64,000 bases of DNA from Giardia intestinalis (taxonomy: Eukaryota), in NCBI GenBank assembly GCA_000002435.2, contig CM018793.1. One strand, written 5' to 3'. The stretch's first letter is position 1. Every line of letters begins with the position of its first letter. The position numbers and the translations under genes are program-made. Positions 1-9,013 of the stretch are shown here, piece after piece. The notes beneath the pieces were generated by a model. The model worked only from the letters and a program-made list of their open reading frames with translations, did not search any database and was not told where the DNA came from.

Positions 1-1
1 T

Positions 2-3000
2 TCTACCTCGGTCTATTCGTACAGCAGTAGCTATTCCTCAACCAAATACTACGATGATTCAGACGCATATTCTACCTACTCTGATTCAGTAGTGGAAGAA
101 GCAGATGAAGAAAGGCGCACAACATCAAGAAAGAGATCTCACTCACAGGGGAGGATGTCAACAAGGACGAACCATAAAGTTAGCAGCTCACAACGAAGGT
201 CAAAGAGGGAGTCTACCAGTCACTCAAAAAGGTCTCGTGGCCAATCTGCCCGACACCGACGCAGGCCTTCCTCCGCCACAAGATCTAGGTCAGCAAAGTC
301 AAAACCTGCAGACAAGGTGCACAGTGATTCCTTTATTGCAAAGGACGCGCACCAAAGAAGCATTTATGAGCCCAAAGAAAAGCCTCTTTCTCCCAGAAAT
401 CTTAATGCATCGAATCAAGCTTCAGTCAATGTTCCGTCTGGACACCAAACCCTTAATACTGGCATGGATTCAAAAAGTCAAGAGGAATATATGTCAGATC
501 GTGAGCTACTTCTTCAATTGGGCAGAGCCACAGCCAAAAAGTATGTGACTTCCGGCGGAGAATTCTACGACACGACTAGGCAAACACCCACTTCCTTGCA
601 GCAAATGTCTGAGTTTCCTGCCTCAAACTCTGACCCTACTCAGTTGCATGTAGATCTATCGCGTTACTCTGTTAAAGACAAGAGTATTCTTGCAAACACA
701 GCAATTGATAATGCAGATCTTCAGATCAATCATCTCAATGCCGTTCCGCTGCCACCGCGCGCTGGGCCCTTCTCTGCCGGTCCGCCAACTCTTCCTGCAG
801 TCCCGGTAACCAGCTCCTATCCACCGAGCTGCCATCCGTCCATTAATCCGGTATATAATGAACCTTCCTATAACATACAAGCAGCGTGTCCTGCCACACC
901 TCTTTACATTAATCCTCAAAGAGAAACTGGAGCAGAATCTGTTGGAACGAGCGCTGCTAATATGCCCACGTATAATTTCCCGAAGGATGGAGTATACGTC
1001 CCTGGATATCCTTATATTGTTCCGACTGAATTTGGTGATGCGCCCTCAAGAGAGCCCTACAGTGATGCAGAAGCTTCTGCTCTGCCAGCGTCGTTTGTTA
1101 TGGCACAGAGACATGTCGAAAGCACCCCAATCATGAGTAACGGACAAGACCTGAGGCCACTCCTAGATAAGCACCCAGACCCTATGATGGAGTACATGAT
1201 AGAAGCAGAGATCAGACGTGCAGAATCAGACCCGCGGCAATTAGAGGAAATAAACAATCTAGCACAAGAAGACAATTATCGGAAGAGCGTTACATCAAGA
1301 ACAACCACTCTTCCATTGCCCTCCACGTCGACATCAGTAGCTCTGAACAGCGACCATCCCACCTCAGTTCCTGCTACTTCTCTGCCAACACCATCCTATT
1401 CTGGCTCTGCGCACATGGGAAGGATAGATTCTCGCACCAATGAGCTTCTGCCAGCCCCATCAGTAACCAACAGCAACACTGTCGTTAGCGCTCGTGACGG
1501 AGCGTCCAGCCTGCCTCCGCCAACGACCACAAACTCAGGTATCTCCACAGCTCCCCTGAGATATCCTACGAGTACTACTGTTGAGACGCTCGATGATTAC
1601 ACTGGGCTCGTGAAGCATGCCCTCCAGAACACCCCATCCACTGCACCGTCACATCCAACCACCTCTGGATCCCACACTTCTCAGAGTTTTTATGACAACT
1701 TGACTAGCTATTCTGGGAAAGAGCTATCTAGTAGCTTTAGGGAGCGTATAAACAAACTAACCAGGGAATCCAGTTCAACGCCAGAGACGGCGTCCGTTTC
1801 AGCTAGAGAAGCGATTCCAACAAGAACAGTGGCCTCTTTGAATAACAGAATACTGGTAACCAATGGCCTCCCTGGAGTATCCTCCACTCCCACAGCGACA
1901 GCAGCAGTTCCATTAATGGTCAACAAATATGGACAGGTCCAGGTCAATCCAGATATAGTCTTTCCGGAGATACCGGCTTCAGAGCGCCACAAACCAGAGT
2001 ACAGAGCAGCTATTGAAGCAGAGGCCCTGCGACAAACACATGCTATCGTCCCAGATACAGCCAAGTATCACTCGGTAGGCGATCTTACTGAAGACGATCT
2101 TAAAAAGAGTGGCATTGCGTACATCAGGGAGTCGTCTACCACTTCTGGCTCTTCCAGTATCCCAGAGTGTGTGATTGGACACTTGGTAGGAGGAGGAAGT
2201 CGCTCTACCCTGTCGATGACCAAACCCACAGTTAACATAGAAGCTCCAGAGGTGGCTCTACAAGAGACGTTGACTGCTGGCGACAAATCATTCCACAAGA
2301 CCAGTAGACAAGATTATCCAGATCCTTACTCTGTGCCAAAACCGTTCAATAATCTACCCACTGCTAATGTCTCTGCTGTGCCGTCCACATCTCGCTCGTT
2401 GTACACACATAGTGTCAGCATTCCAGAGTCCATCCCGTTAGGTGGAAATATTAAGACTGCCATCGAAGCGATAACTGATCGAGTTGAACACGTACAGTCA
2501 GAGCTTACAGCGGCAACGGCGGCAACTGCAGCAATAATTGGATCACACAATGGTGTTGGTGGTAGCAGTAGTAGTAGTGCAAGCGTTGCCTCAATCCGAC
2601 AGCCTTATGACTTGTCCAAGACTAGCACTGGTGCACGGGGATCCAGACGTGATGATACACCAGTGACGAGTGGTCCGAGGGGAGATAGCGTGCTGAGTAG
2701 TATGAACACAATGTCCACAAAAAGCGTTCGCTTTGCTGGCCAGGACACAACGGACTCCCACGATTTATCAGAGCACTTGTCATCTGTCCGTGACGACTTT
2801 TTAAATTTAGAGCAGGTATCTAAGTCGCCATCTGACAGGGTATCTACATCTATGCACCAAATGACGAAAGAATCTAGTTCAACTACCCTGCCACTGCCCT
2901 CCACAAATACGACAAATCCAGAGAAGACACTAACATCCAACCTGCCTGTGGCGTCAAGCACTTCCCAAAACCACAGCTATGACATAGATAGTAAGCAGGC

Positions 3001-3931
3001 CCTCATAGAATCTGCTCAATCTCTTGGCAGAACAGCCAGTGCTCTGCAGAGACTCCAGGCCAGTGGGGTCTCCCACTCCACGCCAGCAACCTCATCTCCA
3101 AAGGAGTATATTGGACGCCGGTTCGACTCTACGCCCGAGACTACTGGTGGCTCTCTTCCTCCTCCCGAAAGCGCGTCATCAGTGTCCAACCCTATTGGTA
3201 CTGTGATGTCTGGAACCGGAAGCGTATTGATTCCCCCGTCTAGCACAACTAACACGGGTGCGACAGGATCAAGTGCTCGTCCAAATCTGTATCTTCCTAG
3301 CCTTGGTCAGTCTACTGAGATGATTTCCTCTGTGGAAAATCCCAATCTTGTACTGAATAATAGTACACTAGTTCTATCCGATGGCATAGCAAATTCCCTA
3401 GGACGACGACTTAATGCCGAGATGCACACAGAACCGAAGCATCATATTCCCCAGTATCCTCCTATGGGCCCTCCAGCCTCCAATGTTCCTCCAGCCATTG
3501 ATAAAGCAGCAGATGAACTAGGTGCCAAGCCAGGAGCCACGTCACAAACTAGTATCATATCCGGGTCTGCTGGGGGCTCCGGAACATCTAAGAGCTCTGG
3601 TGGATCAGGTAGCTCAACAAACACTATAAAACACTTATCTCACGGATTAAGCGATGATGCAAATGGCTTGGGAACCCTATCAGTTAATGCGCATCGAACA
3701 AGTACAGAAAGCCCCCCTAGTAATGGATTAGAAGCCAGTAGGATACCTTTGAGCGGAAGCCGCCTCCGAGAGCTTAAGGCGCAGGGAGAAAAGCTTATCA
3801 GGGCTGCAAATGAAATCGAGACAGCGTTTGTTCCTCCCTATCTTAATCAGGGGTCGTCTACAGGAACCACAGTGATTGGGCCAAGCAGCCTTGGAAGCAC
3901 GAGTGCAAATAATACGACATACTCCAGTTAG
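2..3931 (+). CDS. Ser/Thr/Pro-rich low-complexity hypothetical protein (5' partial; reading frame open to window start)
   Basis: The track ORF starts at a GTG at 92, but the same frame has no stop back to nt 2, so the gene starts upstream of the window. It is 1279+ codons with long S/T/P-rich tracts and a consistent frame. The stop is at 3929-3931. Confidence 0.6.
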   Translation, partial: STSVYSYSSSYSSTKYYDDSDAYSTYSDSVVEEADEERRTTSRKRSHSQGRMSTRTNHKVSSSQRRSKRESTSHSKRSRGQSARHRRRPSSATRSRSAKSKPADKVHSDSFIAKDAHQRSIYEPKEKPLSPRNLNASNQASVNVPSGHQTLNTGMDSKSQEEYMSDRELLLQLGRATAKKYVTSGGEFYDTTRQTPTSLQQMSEFPASNSDPTQLHVDLSRYSVKDKSILANTAIDNADLQINHLNAVPLPPRAGPFSAGPPTLPAVPVTSSYPPSCHPSINPVYNEPSYNIQAACPATPLYINPQRETGAESVGTSAANMPTYNFPKDGVYVPGYPYIVPTEFGDAPSREPYSDAEASALPASFVMAQRHVESTPIMSNGQDLRPLLDKHPDPMMEYMIEAEIRRAESDPRQLEEINNLAQEDNYRKSVTSRTTTLPLPSTSTSVALNSDHPTSVPATSLPTPSYSGSAHMGRIDSRTNELLPAPSVTNSNTVVSARDGASSLPPPTTTNSGISTAPLRYPTSTTVETLDDYTGLVKHALQNTPSTAPSHPTTSGSHTSQSFYDNLTSYSGKELSSSFRERINKLTRESSSTPETASVSAREAIPTRTVASLNNRILVTNGLPGVSSTPTATAAVPLMVNKYGQVQVNPDIVFPEIPASERHKPEYRAAIEAEALRQTHAIVPDTAKYHSVGDLTEDDLKKSGIAYIRESSTTSGSSSIPECVIGHLVGGGSRSTLSMTKPTVNIEAPEVALQETLTAGDKSFHKTSRQDYPDPYSVPKPFNNLPTANVSAVPSTSRSLYTHSVSIPESIPLGGNIKTAIEAITDRVEHVQSELTAATAATAAIIGSHNGVGGSSSSSASVASIRQPYDLSKTSTGARGSRRDDTPVTSGPRGDSVLSSMNTMSTKSVRFAGQDTTDSHDLSEHLSSVRDDFLNLEQVSKSPSDRVSTSMHQMTKESSSTTLPLPSTNTTNPEKTLTSNLPVASSTSQNHSYDIDSKQALIESAQSLGRTASALQRLQASGVSHSTPATSSPKEYIGRRFDSTPETTGGSLPPPESASSVSNPIGTVMSGTGSVLIPPSSTTNTGATGSSARPNLYLPSLGQSTEMISSVENPNLVLNNSTLVLSDGIANSLGRRLNAEMHTEPKHHIPQYPPMGPPASNVPPAIDKAADELGAKPGATSQTSIISGSAGGSGTSKSSGGSGSSTNTIKHLSHGLSDDANGLGTLSVNAHRTSTESPPSNGLEASRIPLSGSRLRELKAQGEKLIRAANEIETAFVPPYLNQGSSTGTTVIGPSSLGSTSANNTTYSS

Positions 3932-3956
3932 ATGCGCGACTTGTAAACTTAGAAAG

Positions 3957-5939
3957 CTACCATGTTTGTATCCTTCGCTCGTAAGAGCTACGTCGATCTG
4001 CTTCTTTAAGCCTCAGCCTATCTTGATAACAATCTATCCAACAACAAAAGGCGAGGTGTTGAATAAATTGATTGAGGCGAAGATCAAGCAGATTCTTATG
4101 TCTAGTCCACTTGTCCGTATAAAATTGTCCCGTCTCAAAGATTTCCTGCGCAAATTTTGCAACTAATCTGTTGCAGTCTCTAGCAGCCAGCGCCTCAGAC
4201 CATGCCCTGAATGCTCGCCGTTGAAGAAGATGGTTAACTAGCAAAAAGCCCGCATCATAGTAGGCATGTGCATACCGTGAAATAATATGCTGATTAGCTG
4301 CGCACGCAATAAGAGACTGCCGCTTGTAAATCCGCTGACCCTTGAACTTAAAATGAGGAGCTGTTGTGTCCTTGATTGTGTACCGAGACCAATCTATGTC
4401 CGACTGAGAGTCTGTATCGCCAAGTAGATTCAGGGATGTCTGTTCATAGTCTAAGTCCGATGTGGTAGGACTCGAAGGCGCCGAAGGCGGTGATGAGGGC
4501 CCTTCTTGTGAAGCAGGCATAAGCTGAGTGACAGTCTTTGGGGTCTTGAAGGCAGTAGGAGATGCTTTGGGTGGCTGAGAACCAGCCTGAGCAAGAGGTG
4601 AGAGAGGTAGTGTATTCGGTTTAGTTGAATCTGTGAGAATCGCAGACTGCACATTGGTATTTTGAGATGGGTTTGATGGTCCAGTAAGACTCACTTCCTG
4701 GGGTAAGACCGGCTTCCATGACACGTTTCGAGGTAGTTGACAAGATGCATAAGGGTACAAAATCTGCCAGGGAGAGCTCCTTTGAAAGAGGACCTCAATA
4801 CATGTGGTAATTAATTCCCGCTCTGCACCATTTGCGCCCCAGTCAGCCCCAGGAAGGACGGAGGCATAGTTGTCACACAAATCTACTGCTATAAGGAGAA
4901 ATGACAACTTCTTCTTTGCATTTTCATCCTTCGAACACCTTTCAACAATTGCCTTGTGCACGTGCCACGTTTCATTAAACTTTGAGATGAACTTCACGGA
5001 CTTCTTATGTGTCTCTAAAATTTCCTCCATGGACCTCAGCAGGTATACAAGTCTAGCGTGGTATCTGCTTTTGATAAAAAGGGCGTCAGCCAGATCAGTC
5101 AAGGGTACAGATCCATTGTCTTTTGGGACCTGAAATACTTTTTCTAGAATTCTATACCGGAGTAGCCCTAAGATTAGGCACGCGGAAGAAGCAAATAAAT
5201 GCCGTACATAGTCATTCCATGTCAGCGTTTGCTGCACCTCTGGAAAGTTATTGGACGTAAGCAAATTGTCCTGGATGAAGGACAGGCATTGCTCTAAATT
5301 GTTATCTTTGATCATCTGCTCTACTGCAGTATACATCTGCTGAATTTCTGCCCCTACAAGAGTCCTTCTTTTGCACTTTTTAGAAGGCACAACAGCATTT
5401 GTGAAGTAGCAGAGCAGATGAAATTCCCAGCCAAAGCTGCTTGCCTCACCTGATGCGTGTTTTAGAAGTTCAATGAAAAGCTTATCGTAGAAAGGAAACT
5501 CGATGGCTAGCGCGTTGCCTTTGGCTGCCTGAGATAGCAGATGCTTCGTATAGGCATAGATGGAGAAGGGCATCATGAGACAGTAAAACGAAAACAGCGC
5601 CATCGTGTGAGCAGAAATGATGGAAGCGTCTTCCTCCATGGAGCTTTGACGAAGCGTAGCGCATAGCTTCCGCGCACTGATGGGGATCACTTGTAGCCGT
5701 GGAACAAGATACTTAAGAATCTCCTCTATTCCATACGGCGCATATCTAAATAAATCAAGAATCAGATAGAAGTATGTGTGACAGATTTGGCTCTTGTTCT
5801 GTTCTGGAAGAGTAGTCGAGCTGTTAGCCCGTTGATAGGCAATTATTAGCCTCCAGTCGTTTGGCTTACCATTGAGCTGTTCGAATTTAGTGTCATAGTT
5901 GCGGTTAGGGTCGGGAGCTATTGAAAAGAAGATGTTCAT
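3957..5939 (-). CDS. hypothetical protein (~660 aa)
   Basis: Long uninterrupted minus-strand ORF. The track start is a TTG. The first in-frame ATG is at 5939, preceded on the sense strand by an A-rich tract ('gttttaaaaATG'). No recognisable domain. Confidence 0.55.
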   Translation of the reverse strand: MNIFFSIAPDPNRNYDTKFEQLNGKPNDWRLIIAYQRANSSTTLPEQNKSQICHTYFYLILDLFRYAPYGIEEILKYLVPRLQVIPISARKLCATLRQSSMEEDASIISAHTMALFSFYCLMMPFSIYAYTKHLLSQAAKGNALAIEFPFYDKLFIELLKHASGEASSFGWEFHLLCYFTNAVVPSKKCKRRTLVGAEIQQMYTAVEQMIKDNNLEQCLSFIQDNLLTSNNFPEVQQTLTWNDYVRHLFASSACLILGLLRYRILEKVFQVPKDNGSVPLTDLADALFIKSRYHARLVYLLRSMEEILETHKKSVKFISKFNETWHVHKAIVERCSKDENAKKKLSFLLIAVDLCDNYASVLPGADWGANGAERELITTCIEVLFQRSSPWQILYPYASCQLPRNVSWKPVLPQEVSLTGPSNPSQNTNVQSAILTDSTKPNTLPLSPLAQAGSQPPKASPTAFKTPKTVTQLMPASQEGPSSPPSAPSSPTTSDLDYEQTSLNLLGDTDSQSDIDWSRYTIKDTTAPHFKFKGQRIYKRQSLIACAANQHIISRYAHAYYDAGFLLVNHLLQRRAFRAWSEALAARDCNRLVAKFAQEIFETGQFYTDKWTRHKNLLDLRLNQFIQHLAFCCWIDCYQDRLRLKEADRRSSYERRIQTW

Positions 5940-6221
5940 TTTTAAAACAGTTTGGTCAGTTTTTAGCAAGGCACGGAATTGCAAGGCCAATATCTCAAGT
6001 TAATAGGAGTGCAACTTTCTAATACTGTAAGCTCCATTTAACTTTTTGAGCATGGATTCCCGGCTCAGGGAACTTTGCCGCCATAGAGATTTAATAATAA
6101 ATAACTGGGATTATAGAGGCATGCGCGGATTGCTAAACGTTATGTTGGTGAACGCCCTCGGTACCATGAGAGCCGAAACAGCAAGGATTTCAAAATTTGT
6201 TTACCTCACAACCGATAGCGA

Positions 6222-8777
6222 ATGGTTGCACCGACCTCTCAGGGCCAACAAGAGGCCGAGAGCTCCACTAGCGTGGTAGAAATAACAACCGGGACTACTG
6301 TTCATCATATTACCATCCCAGCCAGACCTAGGGCTGCCAAGTCGCCGCCTTTGAGATCGGCAGTTGAAAACTTGATGAAGGGGGGTATCTTTTCAACAGC
6401 CCAGCATACAGGCTCAGAAGAGGCAGCTACAAGGGGTCTATCTAGGGGATCGGGAGCTAAATCGTCCCTGGGAGACAATGGAAGATCTTGTACCAGGAAA
6501 AAGCGGTCCAGAAGCACGATCTTGAATATGAGGAAGGAGCTTGACGATATCCTAGCGCCACTAGGACCCCCTGAGGGCTCTTCTGTTGCAAGCCCGAGAT
6601 CAGGCCAAAATATACGATCGGTTTCTCCTCTGGTTGCAGTTAATAACATAGATGATACCGACACTGCAGCAATGGGTGGGAGGACTAAACTGATGATGGC
6701 TGCTATTGTAGATGACGTACTCGCTGTACAGAAATACATCACTGAACAAGGGCAGCGCACTCCAGACGGAAGGACAGCTCTCATGCTTGCAGCTGAACAT
6801 GGATCAATTGCGTGTATCGATCAGTTGATCCCCTGGGAGTCCGGTCTGGTTAGCAATAATGGGTGGACAGCAATAATGTATGCCATCGCGGCACAGAAGT
6901 TGCAGGCAGTGGAGCTCCTGGCTAGAAAGCCAAAGGAGCTGACCTCGACAACAGCAGACGGACGAACTCCGCTTATCCTGGCCGCTGAGATTGGCAGCGA
7001 GGAAGTTGTACAGCTATTTCTGGAGTCCAGACTCATTGGAATGACAACAGCTGACGGCAGAACAGCACTTATGCAAGCCGCGTGGAATAGGCATTTAGAT
7101 TGTGTTCGTTGGTTAGCAAAAAAGGAGGGTGGAATACAAGACTCAGAAGGGAAAACGGCTCTTATGCTGGCCATTGAGGGGAGATCTATCAATAGGCAAC
7201 AACACGATAAGGCCAGGACACAGGATTTCGTTAATCTGCTGGCTAGTGAAATGGGCAAAACCACAGCCGACGGAACTACGGCACTAATGTGTGCTGTGCT
7301 GAACAATGAAGAGGATAGTATCCCTCTGCTCAAGAGTGAGCTCATGAAGAGGCAAAGGAGTGGACGCACTGCATTGATTCTGGCCGCCAGACAAGGCACA
7401 CTTACAAGTCTTCATGATTTGCTGCCTGAAGCTGGAAGTAGGGACGGCTCTGGAAAACCAGCTTTATATTATGCACTGGAAGGGCGAAACATGACTCATG
7501 TGAGGGAGTTATCTGCAGAGTATAATATGACGATTGATGACGATGTGTCCATGCTCATGTCGGCAATAATTTTCGGCAATGAAGAGGCAGCCCTTCTCAT
7601 ACTGAAGGAGCTACAAAAGCAATCACTTACTACCCCAGCCAAAGGTCCTTTGCCCCCGTTGCATGTTCCAGTTACCGAAAGAGAGCAGAAGACAGCCCTG
7701 ATTCTTGCCGTCGAGGCAGGAAGTCTCGCACTGGTGAAGGAGTTATCCCTTACAGAGCATTCTTTTCAAGATGTTAAGGGGACCACGGCTCTGATGTACG
7801 CTGCAGAACGAGAGTTTTGTGATGCAATTAAGATTCTCTTGCCTTTGGAGGAGCACATGAAAAACGTTGCAGGCCACACAGCACTCATTCAGATGGCCAT
7901 GAATAACAACATCCTTGCCGTATCCTTCCTTCTCTCAGAGGCCTGTGACACTGACAATTCTGGAATGACAGCGCTTATGCACGCAGCACATTTGGGGCAC
8001 CATAATATAGTGAGCATTCTTCTCAGTAGCAACGAGGTCGGGATGGTCGACACCCATGGGATGACGGCCCTCATGCACGCTGCCATGAACGGCCATACAC
8101 AGTGCGTCTCTCTCTTGGCCCCGAAGGAGCACCATTACGCGCGGATGTACCGCTTATTGAAGGATAGCAATACTGGCATGACTGATGAGCAGGTGTGGTC
8201 CCACCAAAGTTTCTATTCCGGCCGGACGGCATTAATTATAGCGGCCATGTATAATTCGCTGGACTGTGTCAAGCAACTAATTCCTTGGGAAGCCTGGGTT
8301 CTCAATGAATACAATCGACTTCCCTCTACAGTGATAAATATAGGAACTTATTCTAACGACATTCAGGACGCTCTTACCATTCGAGGCATTCATAGATTAA
8401 TGAAAATGTATTATGCAAGACGGCGTAATGAGCTGGGGTCCTGCAACATCTGCCTCAACAAGATCTCTAGCATGAAGTGCTACCCGTGTAATCACACTGT
8501 TTGTTGCGAGGAGTGTGCTGAGAGGCTAATGACAACAAAAAAGCCATGTCCCCTTTGCAGACGGCCAATCCTGTTCTGGATCACAGAGTGTTATGATTTG
8601 GCCACTATGTCATTTACTCTAGCCCCAAATTTCGAATGGATCGACCTCCCAAGCGACGACGACGATGACGACAGTGATAGAAAACATTCCAAAGATGAGG
8701 ATACTGATGACGAGCTGTATGTCAATATACACTTGGACCACGAGATAGAAGTCTCATCGTATTCATGGTTTCACTAG
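6222..8777 (+). CDS. ankyrin-repeat protein with C-terminal C3HC4 RING finger (putative E3 ligase) and acidic tail
   Basis: There are at least 12 ankyrin-type repeats of the pattern 'TALM.AA..GH...V..LL'. The C-terminus carries the RING motif 'CNICLNKISSMKCYPCNHTVCCEECAERLMTTKKPCPLCRRPI', followed by a D/E-rich tail. Confidence 0.8.
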   Translation: MVAPTSQGQQEAESSTSVVEITTGTTVHHITIPARPRAAKSPPLRSAVENLMKGGIFSTAQHTGSEEAATRGLSRGSGAKSSLGDNGRSCTRKKRSRSTILNMRKELDDILAPLGPPEGSSVASPRSGQNIRSVSPLVAVNNIDDTDTAAMGGRTKLMMAAIVDDVLAVQKYITEQGQRTPDGRTALMLAAEHGSIACIDQLIPWESGLVSNNGWTAIMYAIAAQKLQAVELLARKPKELTSTTADGRTPLILAAEIGSEEVVQLFLESRLIGMTTADGRTALMQAAWNRHLDCVRWLAKKEGGIQDSEGKTALMLAIEGRSINRQQHDKARTQDFVNLLASEMGKTTADGTTALMCAVLNNEEDSIPLLKSELMKRQRSGRTALILAARQGTLTSLHDLLPEAGSRDGSGKPALYYALEGRNMTHVRELSAEYNMTIDDDVSMLMSAIIFGNEEAALLILKELQKQSLTTPAKGPLPPLHVPVTEREQKTALILAVEAGSLALVKELSLTEHSFQDVKGTTALMYAAEREFCDAIKILLPLEEHMKNVAGHTALIQMAMNNNILAVSFLLSEACDTDNSGMTALMHAAHLGHHNIVSILLSSNEVGMVDTHGMTALMHAAMNGHTQCVSLLAPKEHHYARMYRLLKDSNTGMTDEQVWSHQSFYSGRTALIIAAMYNSLDCVKQLIPWEAWVLNEYNRLPSTVINIGTYSNDIQDALTIRGIHRLMKMYYARRRNELGSCNICLNKISSMKCYPCNHTVCCEECAERLMTTKKPCPLCRRPILFWITECYDLATMSFTLAPNFEWIDLPSDDDDDDSDRKHSKDEDTDDELYVNIHLDHEIEVSSYSWFH

Positions 8778-9013
8778 ACTCTCTCAGCTCCAAGACATGG
8801 ATACAATGCTTAGAATATTTCAGCTAGAACCCCAAGATCGCTTCTTAAGTGTAGTAACAATTTCGGCCCTAAAAGTCTGAACCTGCTGAACATAGCTATC
8901 ATCTAATGGTAACAGCTCATTTTGAAATCTAGACACTTCTCCAAATACTCCAAACATTGAATATTTTACAACCAACGCAGAGAGTGTGTCATACCATGGC
9001 GGGTACAAAACCC

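Noticed and set aside
6821-7399. 192 aa minus-strand ORF antisense to the ankyrin-RING gene (also 6305-6784, 159 aa)
   Set aside because: The sense strand has clear ankyrin repeat periodicity. The antisense ORFs have biased 'A/S/C/L' junk composition.
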